From Octopus vulgaris (lineage: Eukaryota), in assembly GCA_951406725.2 (NCBI GenBank), contig OX597814.1:146258001-146322000 (forward strand): DNA of 64,000 nt, in the 5' to 3' direction. Under the pieces are notes generated by a model. That model did no database searches, was not told the origin of the DNA, and saw only the letters and a program-made list of their open reading frames with translations. A program made the position numbers and the translations under genes. Positions 13,497 through 27,530 of this stretch are shown in pieces (position 1 is the stretch's first letter; every line of letters starts with the position of its first letter).

Positions 13497-13667
13497 CATA
13501 TATACGACAGGCTTCTTTCAGTTTCCGTCTACCAAATCCACTCACAAGGCATTGGTCGGCCCGGGGCTATAGCAGAAGACATTTGCCCAAGATGCCACGC
13601 AGTGGGACTGAACCCGGAACCATGTGGTTGGTTAGCAAGCTACTTACCACACAGCCACTCCTGCGCC
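13252..13667 (-). mobile_element. SINE family A, near full length
   Basis: Reverse complement of head with A box TGGCTGTGTGG and B box GGTTCAGTCCC; full tail. Confidence 0.92.
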
Positions 13668-13738
13668 TATACAGAAATTATAGACAGATATATGTATATA
13701 TACGTATATATATATGTGTCTCTCTCTATATATATATG

Positions 13739-13770
<32 letters not shown>

Positions 13771-15164
13771 CATACACAAAAACACACACACAGGCATGCA
13801 CGCACACACACACACAAATATACAAGATATGTACGATGAGCTTCTTTCGGTTTCCGGTCTACGAAATCTACTCACAAGATTTGGTTTTTAATTTTATGTT
13901 ATATATCCCTATACTTTAAAACTTTTATCTGTGAAAATTAGACTGTTTATATTTAAGGATTATAGCTGAATGGTATACCTGAAAACAAAACTTAACGACT
14001 AGTATTGTTAGCTATCATGAGTATAAATTTTGAAAAACACTATTCAAAGTAAAGAACATACAAATTCAGTTAGAGAAGTGAACATTTTGCGGTTATTCGC
14101 TTTCTTTTTTTGTTTTCGTTTTACTGTATTTGGTTTTATATTATTAACATCGACGTTATAACAGTGTTATGTTAGTACAGGTTAATGTTACATCCTAAAA
14201 CAATAATGAATCTCCTAAAATCGCATTCGTTATATTCAACAAAATATAATATTAATATCAATTAACATTATTTACAATGAAGGAAGCCATAACATTAAAT
14301 ATAAAAGAGCTATCAAAACGATTGAAATCCCTATTACATAATTGATATTTAGTTTGTTGAAGTTGTGATGATGAAAGGCAATGTGAATCTCACCAACATT
14401 ACTGCTGAAAAAGTTAATGAACTTAATTTGATACCACAAATTATCAATGTTCCGTTCTTACTTTTTTTTACATTGAAATCGCATTTCCCTCGGCTATTGA
14501 ACTTTATATTCAATCTAATCGAAACATTTACAACATATCTGTAAAATCACTGGAACCGATTTCAAATATTAATGAAATGGTATTAAGTCCGTTCCCGCTT
14601 CAATGATACTATATCGATCATGGTAACTTGCATGCTGCATTGCTATATATATCTATGAATGAAAAATGGAAAACTATTCAATCATTGCTTGGAGCAAAAT
14701 TTTACAGATTAATATCAAGCGTTATCTTACACAATTAGAAAAACTTGGAGAGAATTTAATGCTTAGCTCAACTCGAATAAATTCTAAACGATAAGAAATG
14801 TAATGATAGAACAAAAAAAAAAAGAAAACAAAAAATAGGAAGTTTTGAGTCTTTAAAAAATGTCATGCAAATGTCATTGAATGCCTAAATAAATGACATT
14901 TCGTCTCACGTAAACATCATGTTCTTATGAAATCTAAGACAAGGAGATTAATTAATGTAAATATCAGATATGCCCTATTTGTAAATGATTCACTGCGATA
15001 AGTATGTTTAAATACGTAATTACATATCACTGTATTTACGTACGTATATACGTCTGTGTATATGCATCTACGCATGAATGTACGTAAGTATGTAGCTATG
15101 TATAAATGGACATATCTATGTTTACCTACATATACATACAAATACACATACATATTCATACATA

Positions 15165-15292
<128 letters not shown>

Positions 15293-16030
15293 GTTTTAGT
15301 AAAATATCTTTTAAAAGAGGACAATGACGGAATATGGAATTTCGATAGAAGCAATATACAAAGTAGAATATTCCACAACGACTGGCATTTATAAATTATT
15401 TCCTCATGGAGAATAATTCCATCGTTGTGAATTCCGTGATACTGACATTTTCTAAATTTCCAAAGACTTTAACCGTGAAAATGAAGTAAAATCCTTTTAA
15501 ATGGCAAATAACCATCACGACTAAAACTTAAGATCCCTCCCTATTTCTCTTTCTCCTGCTTTATCTCTCCTTTCACTGCATACATCCCCACACATACGTG
15601 TATTTATTTTATATATATATATATATATATATAGGTGTGTGTGCTTGTGCGTGTGTGTCTACGTATGTGTGGTACGTGTTCATGTGTGTGTGTATGTGAA
15701 TATACATACGTTGAGCTAAACATTAAATACTCTTGACGTTTCGGAATTGTCTATAGGTATCTTGTCTGTCTGTATGAATGTATGTATGTATATATACATG
15801 CATGTACGTATGTAAACATGCATGTATATAGGTATGAATGTACGTGCGTATGTATGTGTGTATGTATGCATGTGTGTATGTATGAGATTCCACTTAGGTT
15901 TGTTATTTTCATGGAAATTCAACAATAGTAACGATACTACCACTAGAATAAAATTTCTTATAAAATTCTTTTTCCGTACCATTTCAAGTTTCGTTACACA
16001 TAAAATTCTTAATGTTTGTGGTATCAAATT

Positions 16031-16500
<470 letters not shown>

Positions 16501-16542
16501 GATGTTGGATTCAATAATTCAAGAATTTATCATGTACGTACT

Positions 16543-16701
16543 GAGGAGTGGCTGCGTGGTAAGTAGTTTGCTTACCAGCAACATGGGTCCGTTTTCAGTC
16601 CCACTGCATGGCACCTTGAGCTAGTGTCTTCTAATATAGCCTCGAACCGACCAAAGCCTTGTGAGCGGATTTGGTAGACGGAAACTGAAAGAAGCCCGTC
16701 G

Positions 16702-16766
<65 letters not shown>

Positions 16767-16985
16767 ATGTATGCTTGTGTGTCTGTGTTTGTTCCCCCCA
16801 ACATCACTTGACAACCGATGGTGGTGTGTTTACGTCCTCGTAACTTAGTGTTTCGGCAAAAGAGACCAATAGAATAAGTACTAGGTTTACAAAGAATAAG
16901 TTCTGGGGTCGATTTGCTCAAGGCGGTGCTCCAGCATGGCCACAGTCAAATGACTGAAACAAGAAAAAGAGTAAAAGTAAAAGAG
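16543..16985 (+). mobile_element. SINE family A
   Basis: Colinear with the 13252 and 44595 copies. Confidence 0.9.
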
Positions 16986-17385
16986 ACATCTAATAAAATT
17001 TTATTCATATTTGTTGTTCATATTCATGCTTTGGGAAAACCTATTATTTTCCCTATATCATTTTTGATTTAATTATGGAAATGATTATATCAGCTGGTAT
17101 TTCACATGACTTTACTTACGTCAGTAGTAGCCGATTTAAGGCAACGGTTGTGCGTATTAAGCTTATTGAGACGGAAACATTTTGCAAAAACTCTCCTCCA
17201 GTCTTCAGAAAATGAATCACAAAAATGGGGCTTTTTTCCTAATATGCAAGTAAAGTATAGAGAAAGCTTTATGTTTGAGATTACCAACTATTCTAATGAG
17301 GTTTCGGCCGCATTTTCGACTAGTCTTTTGTTTGACTTTCATTTACTGTGAAGATAGTTTCAAAAACTGAAGAATTTATTTTATA

Positions 17386-17602
17386 TACGAGGCTGAAAAG
17401 TACCTGCATTTAAGGGTTTGGCGAAAGGCCTGGTTGGTGGCCCAAACTTCCGTGATTTTTTACAGGCCTTAGAAAAAAATGAAGGACCGCTGCAATAAGT
17501 GTTTGAATCTGAGTGGGGTATATATTCAATAAAATCATAATTAAGTGAGCCTCCTGCATTATCTTTTACTCGAAGCCGGAAATATTTCAGCACCCACTCA
17601 TA
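17386..17602 (+). mobile_element. mariner internal-deletion derivative (MITE-like)
   Basis: TA-flanked imperfect TIRs (tacgaggctgaaaagt / atttcagcacccactcata). Encodes MKDRCNKCLNLSGVYIQ*, resembling the mariner C-terminal RW.KC...G.Y.E motif. Confidence 0.65.
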
Positions 17603-17606
17603 TATA

Positions 17607-17662
<56 letters not shown>

Positions 17663-18321
17663 TACACCGTCTGATAATTTTAATTTATTTAGGCATACTT
17701 AAATAAAACATGTACTTTATATCAGCAAAGCGTACACTTGAATGTGTACTAAACATATCATGTGTTATACAAATATTAAAGGGAAAGAGATGAAGCAAAT
17801 ATAGTGTGGCTGTCAGTATTGCTTTTCAAGTAGTATATGCTTAAGCTAAATGTAACTCACTTCGACATTGCCTGCATCATTTCGTGACAATCCTATGTTG
17901 TTAGTCAGGCGAAAGAACGATTGGACCATCTGTTGTATATAGCAATGATAATAAAAGTATTTGACGTCAATCTTCACAGATGAGCAGCAAAGAAGATTTT
18001 ACCTCCTTTGGAGATAGGAAATGGGCGCCAACACTAATGTCAGGCATTTATTCGCTCTGTTAAATATGCCTTTTCCCCTCGAGTTTTAGAGGTCAAATTT
18101 GGCAGAGTATGGAACCGATTTTTGCGTTTATATATTGAAATAATCATCATATTTGAGCTGTATTACACACAGAGACTGAAACATATAATTTCTCAAAAAT
18201 TGTTAGAACTATTGTTTGGTAAATGAAAAAATAATAAGAAACGAATAAAAAAGAGCACTATCTAAAAAATTCGAAGAATTACCCTTGAAATTTCTAATTA
18301 CATATTCATAAAAGAATTTAA

Positions 18322-18547
18322 AGGCTGTTGTCATATTTTACGTGGCTGTTGTATGCAGCGCAAATGTTACAATATTTTAACCACAGGAAAACATCTTCTC
18401 CCGCTGGCTAACGACACAACCCGTGTCTGTTTTATTGTAAACAAAGGTTGTGTGTCATTAGCCAGCGGGAAAAGATGTTTCCCTGTGATTAAAATATAGT
18501 AACATTTGTTCTGCATAAAACAGCCACGTAAGATGTGCCAACAGCCT
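18322..18547. mobile_element. Palindromic MITE with Kolobok/T2-like termini
   Basis: About 100-bp imperfect inverted arms; AGG...CCT ends flanked by TTAA and TTAC. Confidence 0.75.
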
Positions 18548-18747
18548 TTACTATTTAGCAATGTGAATCTCTCTCAGAGATTTAAACCAGCTATTTTAGC
18601 TTGTTAAATTACTATAGATTTGTTATTTATAGCGAACTGATATTTAGAGTACCTTATTTAGCGAACCGATATTTCAGTAACCTTATATGATGTTAACCAT
18701 CGGTGCATCTGAAATGACTTATTTATTTATGATCCATTTTTTGATCG

Positions 18748-18898
18748 GGGCTGTGTGTCAAAAAGCTTGCTTCTCAAATACAGGGTTGAAGGTTCAGTCC
18801 CACTGCATCGCAACTTGGACAGGAGTCTTTTCGTATAATCTCGAGCTCACCAATGCCTTATGAGTGGATTTGGTGAACGGAAACTAAAAGAAGACTCT

Positions 18899-18973
<75 letters not shown>

Positions 18974-19150
18974 CTATATAAATTTACGTGTGTGCATCTT
19001 CGTGTATGTGTTTGTCCCCTTTTTCTTAAGAGACCGATGGAATAAGTACTAGGCTTCAAAATAATAAAACCTAGGGTCAATTTCTTTGGCTAAAACCCTT
19101 TAAGGCGGTGCTGCGGTATGCCTGCAGTCAAATGAGTGAAACGTGTAAAT
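18748..19150 (+). mobile_element. SINE family A, diverged
   Basis: ggttcagtcccactgc, gagtggatttggtgaacggaaact, gcagtcaaatga landmarks. Confidence 0.82.
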
Positions 19151-19613
19151 GAACATCTCATATCTAGGGCATATTGGCGAAAATTTTATGCGCAGGCGTG
19201 GCTGTGTGGTAAGAAGCTTGCTTCTCAACCACACGGTGTTAGGTTCAATCTCACTGCGTGACACCTTCGGCAGGTGTCTCCCACAATAGTCTCGGGCCGA
19301 CCAAAGCCTTGCGAGTGGATTTGGTGGACGGAATATAAAAGAAGACCGTCGTATATATATATGTTTGTAAATATGAAAGTAATAGATTAAAATATTTTAT
19401 TACCAGTCATGAGCAAATATGAATAAAATTCATAAGACATAACATATTTAAAAAAATATAAGTGTGTATAAAATATTTTTTTAAACACAAAGAGGAGATC
19501 CTTTAAACGTCTCCATACATGCTAAAAAGTACGTTTAAAACCCAAACCACTAAAAATGACTTCATTGGGCACGCTGTTATAACACTAGAACGAACAAAAA
19601 AATGAATTAGATA

Positions 19614-19683
19614 ATCCCGAACTCGAGTTTCACTATTAATTGACAAATAAAGTAATTTGGAATCTGGAGATCATCAGCGAGAT
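19614..19683 (-). ncRNA. Type I hammerhead-like motif
   Basis: Minus strand: ATCTCG-CTGATGA-(weak stem II)-GAAAC-TCGA-GTT-CGGGAT. Confidence 0.55.
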
Positions 19684-20280
19684 CGCTAAGTAATGAATAA
19701 TTATGAAGTTGCAATTATTTACCGAAAACACGTGCGCAAGACTGCTACATATGGATTCGAACTTAGGATTCGAGCGTAAACATATAGTCAGGAGTAAATA
19801 AATTTAAGGCTGTATCCTATACGTCCTCAGAATTATAAATATTTCTATCGTAAGTATGAGGGTAATAAATTAAAATAATTTATTACCAGTAGTTAGCATG
19901 TTTAAATAAAATTATCATGAATTCATTTTTTTCATGGTTTGGGCTATAACTGTCCTTTTTAGCATGTAAGGAAACCTGTCAAAAGTCTCCTTTCTGTATA
20001 TAAAAATATTTTATACACACATTTTTTCAAAAAATATGTTATGCCTTATGACATTTATTTATGCATGCTAACCACTGGTAATAAATTATTTTCATTATTT
20101 ATGATGGTAATATTTGTTATTCCGAGGCTATATAGGTCCCACAGTTTTGAATCTACTTACTCCTGGACTATGTTAACACTCGCGCACTAAGTCCAAATCC
20201 ATAATGGATATAGATATAGCTGTCTTGCGCACGTATTTTCGGTACGTATTTTCAACTACATAATTATTCATTAATTACCG

Positions 20281-20350
20281 ATCGCGTTGATGATCTACAG
20301 ATTCCAAATTAGTTTTTTTGGTAGTTAATAGTGAAACTCGAGTTCGCGAT
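20281..20350 (+). ncRNA. Type I hammerhead-like motif (C3 mutated to T)
   Basis: ATCGCG-TTGATGA-TCTA...TAGT-GAAAC-TCGA-GTT-CGCGAT; 6-bp stem I. Confidence 0.5.
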
Positions 20351-21577
20351 TATCTGATTAATTTTTTGCTCGTTGTAGTGTTATAAGAGAGTGCCTCATG
20401 AATTCTTTTTTTCGTGGTTTGGGTTTTAACTGCCCTTTATAGCATATAGTGAGACCTGTCAAGGGTCTCTTCTCTGTGTTTAAAAATATATTATACACTC
20501 TTATATTTTTTAAAATATGTATATGTTTGTGCGTCTATCTTTGTCCCCACCTCGCTTGACAAGCGATGTTGATGTGTTTACGTCCCCTGTAACTTAGCAG
20601 TTTGGCAAAAGACACCGATAGAATAAATACTTGGTTTACTAAGAATAAGCCCTGGGGTCAATTTCTTCGACTAAAGGCGGTGCTCCAGCATAGCCGCAGT
20701 CAAATGACTGAAACAAGCAAAAGAATATAGAGTGGTCTTCTGAATTAAATCACGTTATACCACAAGAGCTATGAGTAGAAAATGGATCTTGAAGCAGACA
20801 ACATCTCCAACAGACACACATATGCACAAACACACACACGAACAAAACGCGCGCCCAGCCATGTGCAAACACATATAGTTGCATTTCAGAAGATTAAGAT
20901 ATTAAGGAAAAATTCAATGTGTGATGTTATCAACTGTGACAGGATGTCAAAATTTCAATCGATTTAAACCCACGAAACTTCATGTGATATGTGCCAAGCA
21001 TTTGTCACTACAATCGACTACTTTCCGTTTCCGCGCAGAAACCAGACAATACAGTACAGTCTTTCAAATTATCTGAAGCATGAAAAGCAACTATATGTAT
21101 ACATACATCGGTACACATCGTTTATCCCTGTCAATATTCGTTAAATGATGAGGCGCGTTGTCAAAGCACATACTATAACGACTTCTTTTCGTTCAGACTG
21201 ATAAGTTGTTGAATATACAGTAAACTAGGTACACCAACCTACCTAATGTAAACTATACCATAAGCTGTCCTCTGTAGGGAAATCTACCAATGCTGACAAG
21301 ATGTAAAATCTCTGATCTGTTAACAATTGAAGATCCTGATTGATAAAATATCACTAAATTTGCTGCTAGACTTAGACTGCACTTTCGGGTACCACAGAAA
21401 AATATGACTTGGTATGCTTTCAATCACAGGATTTGGAGTATAATGCGACCAACGATTCAGATGCACCAAAACCATACATTTCGTCCATTAATTTGAGTGC
21501 CTAACATAGGTTGATAATACTGTTTCTTCATTATGTTAGAGGAATCTTCCCTATAATACACTCATACACACACACGC

Positions 21578-21610
<33 letters not shown>

Positions 21611-21782
21611 TGTTAATTTATGTTTTTAGGTTCAGTTATCATAAAAGCAATTTTTGATTTATTATTCTTATATAAGACTGTTGTTGTCAGTGCCTGGTAA
21701 GTTTCAGCCGGCTGACACATCGTCCGAAGTCACTTTCAACAACATTCTTATATATGAATAATACATATACGTAAATATACAG

Positions 21783-22082
<300 letters not shown>

Positions 22083-22765
22083 AAACAGGAAAATGTAAAC
22101 AGTTTACATACTTTAAATATATTTTAAATGGAATAGCATTGTGATTGTCAACCGGTTCCACTATCGTTAATCATGTTATTGAGAGTGTTGTAATTTCGTT
22201 CCTTCTTAAGAAGGGTTTAGTCTGGACTCTTGTATGAAAGTTGGTGAATGATTCAACAAATACAAAAATCTAAGCGGTGGTAATTTTCTACTTGTTGATT
22301 CTATTGATTTGAATTTAAATCAGTAGGGCATGTTGTGGTGGTCTAGGTTGCAATTAATGCCTAATGAGGAAGAAAATTTGCGTAATACGGTATATATTAA
22401 TTGCTTGCAAGCACACGGTATTTCATATTGCGACCGTAATATACTAGCACATATCTTAAAGGTTTACAATTGAAATTATATCTTACTTTTTTGTTAGCAG
22501 TGTGGCATTCTCATTTTTTCTGCTTATCATTATAGATTTTCTATATAAAACAGAGCCAGCAAGACAAGTTACGAGGTGCGTCTGTATGCGTATTTGTGCG
22601 TGCGTGCATGCAAGCGTATCTTGTTTGTGTACGTATAAGATGCAACATCTCAGAGAGAAACTGCATTTTTGCCACTCGCCTTGTTCTGCTAAACCATTGT
22701 AAACGATTTGTGTAAATCTTTGTTTATATATATACGTGTGTGTTCGTGTATATATGTATGTATGT

Positions 22766-23311
22766 CAGGTCACTTTTGAGTGCTACTGGTAACATGTAGC
22801 CCAGTGCAACCTGTTGCATGATCGGGTCGTTGGCGACTAAACCGGCAACCCCACCAAGCTTGCTTGGTGAGAAGGGTGTTTATTGGACACTCTGCGAGAT
22901 GAAAAACAAAACCCGTCAAAGGGTGGATGAACTCTTGAGAGTCAAGGGCCATCCAATAAATGTCTTAAGGCTGTATCATGCGCGGGGACATAGAAATAAT
23001 CGGACTGAATACCCGATCGCGCGGTTAAACCATTGGGAGTGAAGGACTCCTAGCCTTTCTTAGGGCATCCTTCTAGGAGAAGGTAACTCAGGTAACTGGG
23101 ATAACTCCGACATAAAACCTGTGACTCAGTGGTTACCGATGATGTAGACTTGTTCTTCTTTACAGATTAAGGCTGCTGTTGCTTAGTGAGATTGACTCAG
23201 TGCACAGCCTTTCCTCACTTTAAAAAAATCTTCTTGCACAGGCATTGCACGATAACGACATTGATTAAGCTTCGAGCAATGGCCATACTCGATAACGAGG
23301 GGGCAGCCACC
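22766..23311 (+). mobile_element. GC-richer non-coding insertion in (TATG)n, probably an RTE-LINE-derived non-autonomous element
   Basis: (TATG)n on both sides; ggcatccttctaggagaaggtaactc resembles the RTE-type 5'UTR motif; no ORF. Confidence 0.5.
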
Positions 23312-23462
23312 ATGTATGTATGTATGTATGTATGTATGTATGTATGTATGTATGTATGTATGTATGTATGTTTGTTTGTTTGTATGTATGTATGTATGTA
23401 TGTATTTTTGTTTGTTTGTATGTATGTATGTATGTATGTATGTATGTATGTATGTATGTATG
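23312..23462. repeat. (ATGT)n microsatellite
   Basis: Direct reading. Confidence 0.95.
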
Positions 23463-23487
23463 TGAGCACCACCAGCAAAAAATTTTT

Positions 23488-23650
23488 TTTCCTCTGTCTT
23501 CCCTTCTCGGGATCTTTCCTTCTCCTTTGTTTCCGACGAAGAGCTCCGCTCGAAACGTTAAACCCGCCTTCCCTTCTTTCCTGAGCGTCAAATAATACTT
23601 TAATTGTTCCACGTCCTCGCGTTGCTGTGTTTTCTTGTTTGGATTAACTA
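23488..23650 (+). mobile_element. Short HHR-bearing repeat ending at (TA)n (probable solo PLE pseudo-LTR)
   Basis: Copies at 36270-36430 and 43132-43270; HHR-like motif at 23529-23563. Confidence 0.75.
23529..23563 (+). ncRNA. Minimal hammerhead-like motif with CCGA core variant
   Basis: GTTT-CCGACGA-A-GAGC-TCC-GCTC-GAAACGTT-AAAC; palindromic ACGT in stem III. Confidence 0.6.
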
Positions 23651-25779
23651 TATATATATATATATATATATGCGTATACATAGATTTGAAATAGCTTTGG
23701 ATAAGATTTGAGGTAGAAAGTACACGAACACATAAACAACATTGACCCTTATATGTATTTTATTCAACGTTTTGTGTGACTCCATATAAATAATCCCTGC
23801 TTAGCCATTTTTGCTCAAAAACAGACACAAAGACATACATGCACATGCACACCTACTTGTATACATGCGTATATACGTGCATACATATGTACATACACAC
23901 ACGCACGCGCGCACAGACATATACACATATATGCAAATGTGTGGAGACCTACACAACATTGTTATTTATAAGTGAAAAATTTATTCAGAATTGAGTAGAC
24001 ATGTATGTGTCTCCACACGCACATACACGAGCAAGACATATATATGTCTGTATGTGTGAAAGTTGTTTTGTGTATATGCGTATGTGATTGAGTGTCTCTC
24101 TATATGCATAAGAGAATGAGTTTATATATGTATACATACCCATGAATGGCTGTCGTTCTTTGTTTAAGGGAATATTCAGGAAATGGAAGTATTTATTATT
24201 TTGTCTTGTTGAGTATTCATATATTACTTCAATTTTATTTTCTACCCTATTGAAACTTCAGGATAATAAAAATACCGGTATCTTCCTTTCTGTATTTTCA
24301 ATTTTCTTCTCCTCATCATGCAGTATATTACTCTTCTACATTAATTCTCCAAATATCCAACCGTGTTTTCTGTTTGTTTCAACTCTGTATAAATCTTTAT
24401 TTAGCAATAAGGTAGCGTCTTAACCTGAATAAAAAAGCTATCAAACTATTTTATTGTATTTTCCTTGTATTTTCCTTTACAAAACTAGGGTCTAACATTC
24501 TTTTCTTGATCACTTGCTATTTCTTTATTGACATCAACTAGTTTTATGCTGACTTAATCTTTTGAAACGCTGCATCTCAAAATTTCATTCGATGCTGATC
24601 TATGCCTCGGCCACGTGACATTTGCATGCAATCATACTAATTTAATTGCCGTGCTCTTGACATAACCAAATTGATAGTGTTCGCTGTTCACCCTGAATGT
24701 AATTAGAGTTTGATTTATGATATGGCTTTAAATATTTTTTTCTCCGTAGAAATAATAGAAATCTCTGTAGTTTTAGAAAGCAGTAGATTTTGATGAATTA
24801 TCTCCTTTGAAGTGAATAAGTTCGTTTCTTCTCTCGAAATAAACTTGCCCTGTAGCACTTTACTGCAAACTGAATTAAGATTTAAGAACTTGATTAGTGT
24901 GTGGTATTAAAATACCTGTCTTCTTCCACACAGAGTAGGAAATAATAAACCGATATATTTTTTATCCCATGAAATTCTACCTTGTTAAAAGTAAACGATG
25001 TATTACATAAAAAATACCACTAAAGACTATGAATAAACAAAATATGGGCGTTTCAGAGCCAGAATTGTTTTGATAAATTTTTAACCAAGGCTGAGTTAAG
25101 CTGGGTTTGAGCAACAGCAAGAGCATCCTTCTGATTGTGTATCACATGAAACCAAACTGGCCAGCTGTCTATACACATAACACATTGAAAGTTTATCTCT
25201 GGAGTATAATTCAATACACACCAAAACAAGTGCTAACGGTTTTCTTTTCCTTTGTTTATACTCTTTCAGTAGTTGCAAGGATAGTGAATATAAATCATAT
25301 AACGCTGAAATGTTTAGGTATACGTTTCTCTATTTCTCTTTCGTCTCCCATTTTCCTACATGCATACGTACAGGCAAAAAAACATACACATGCACGCACA
25401 TGTATCTAACTATCAAAACACACATACACAAACACACGCACATATACATATGTGCGAACACACGCACACACACACACACACACACATGTATATACGGCGT
25501 TCGGGCTGAAATTTTGAAGTCCTTTTTATGTAATTGTTTTCGTCGGTAAACAGTCAACAGCGTTGGAGAGTATCAAAGGTAAATTTGTTATTAATAAAAC
25601 TTAGTTGTAGAACACCGCAAAAGAGTTACCTGGATGAAGATGATTCACGCTCAGCATCAAAATACTAGCAACATGACTACTGTTCAATGCTTTGTAAAAT
25701 ATCTAAAGGCAGCGGATCGTATCATGGACAGCTAAAACAGTGACTACAACACTACGGCCAGCAGGAAGAGACACAACAG

Positions 25780-26160
25780 GCGTTCTAGTTGCGTATCCAT
25801 GCAAAAATTCATCTCCCATATCTTTGAATATGGGTTTCTGCTCAATTCAGAGGGCTATAAAGCTGCTGGAAACATTAGTCAAACACTAACTCGAGACGGT
25901 TGCTGTTGCAGGATCGTATGTGTGGCAATAGAAATCGGCTAGGTGAGATACCCCCAAAAACTGTGAAATGTAGTTGTCGGAGATTTCTACGACATCGCCA
26001 GATTTAATATGTGACTCACGATTTCGCTTAATAGTGATCTCATGTTTTAATACGCATGGGATGCAGTTGAGAAATACATCAATACCTCTACCTAAAACAC
26101 CACGGTCAAGCTGATATTCAACATCAAAGAGATGTTCTTAGACCTTCCCAGCATCACTTA
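25780..26160 (+). pseudogene. Decayed Tc1/mariner-superfamily transposase 3' fragment
   Basis: Shares gtagttgtcggaga.tttctacga and gttgagaaa.acatcaa with 39620-40110. Confidence 0.45.
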
Positions 26161-27029
26161 CTTATATATAACACAGAGGCCTAACTCAGATACATAGCTC
26201 CAACTTCTGCTGTGAACTTGGAACCTAACGGATGACCAATTCTAGCACTTACCCAGTGTACCTATTTGTTTAAATCACCAGAAGAAAATATCATTTTCAA
26301 GAAAAGAGATTTTTCTGATTACAATAGAGAATGTCAAGGTTTTCTGAAAATATATAGTGTTTAAATCCCCAGTGTATGTGTGTGTGTGTGTTCGTGTGTG
26401 TGCTATGTACAGAGAGAGTGGTAGGAGAGAGACAAAAGGCTCAGACACGAAAGCGAATCGGGGAAGACGAAAATGTGTCAGTTTACCAAACATTGTCACA
26501 CATTTACCAGTATACTGCTGCATGAAACGGAATTCGGAAAATTGACCAGTAGTAGATAAGGAAACAAAATGGCTTCTCATAAAAAATAAAGAAGGCCCTA
26601 GATAGCGATCCATTATTTAGTAGAGGTGAATTATCATGTAGCAAACTTAATATCAGTACTTTAGAGGAAACAATTTAAAGTGGAGGTGAATAAGATCAGA
26701 ACAAGACATGTTACTGGAGTAATTTTTTAACCTACTGGTAATATAAAAATGCTGGAATACTGCTTTGTAGATTGTGGACGCTGTTTCAGCGTATATGAAT
26801 AAAGGAATCTAAGGCACTTTGCTGAGCGATGGCAAAACTTCACTTTGTATATTAGGAAGAAACTCGTCAGGTATAATGAACCCTGAATCATCTCCCAAAT
26901 AACAGTTAGATGTAAATCTTTTGAAAATACAACTGGTACATAAGCGCTTATTTTCTGAACGATGGGCAGCAAGTTTTGTGCAAATATTTGAAAAATATAT
27001 TACATCTTAGTCAGATGACCAGAAAGCTA

Positions 27030-27530
27030 AGTCGCCTTGATTATGAACTACTTATATTTGGCCAACTCATGTAGCTCACTCCATCATGCCCTCATACATG
27101 CACTGGTATACCTCTGTAGATATTTTCCCCACACATTACACATTAAGATAATAATGTCGACTCACTTTGCAGATTCGTTTAAAAACATACGAGTTTAAAA
27201 TCGTTTCCAAGACCTGGAGAAAGGAAACGTAAATTCCTGCACAGTTTCTGTCATTCTTTTCTTTATAGGAATAGATGTCTTTATGGCCACTGCTAAGAAA
27301 AAGGTTGACGGGCCAACAGTGGAGTCCTATACCTCCTGAAGACATCTTTTAGTTTCCTGGATGATCTCACGGTAACAGCCACAATCCGTATAGAGGTAAA
27401 ACGGTTGTTGATTGCTTGACCACGCAGAAACACAAGCGAGAATGAAGTTTAAGTCGAAAAGATCTAGGAAAATGTTGATCAGGAAATGCATATCACAAAT
27501 GAGATCGAGTTACACGTACAACAAGTGAGT
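27030..27530 (+). pseudogene. Decayed RLE-type LINE RT fragment (HERO/R2-group-like)
   Basis: FLDDLTVTA at about 27354, then ARMKFKSKRSRKMLIRK (cf. FMDDLTVTT...WARMKFKP.KSRSL). Confidence 0.6.

Larger units (their letters stand above)
19370..20520. mobile_element. Tandem plus inverted array of a roughly 480-bp monomer with HHR-like motifs (probable PLE pseudo-LTR derivative)
   Basis: The monomer start at about 19375 recurs at about 19855. 19917-20520 is the reverse complement with its own tandem period (19917 vs 20397). Confidence 0.75.
19190..20730 (+). mobile_element. SINE family A split at its central (TA)n (19190-19365 and 20521-20730) by a 1.15-kb insertion
   Basis: The 5' half ends gaccgtcgtatatatat; the 3' half resumes gtgcgtctatctttgtcccc and runs to the normal tail. 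Confidence 0.85.

Noticed and set aside
21685-21735. Possible minus-strand hammerhead remnant (CGGACGA...GAAAC)
   Set aside because: Core and stems are too degenerate to support.
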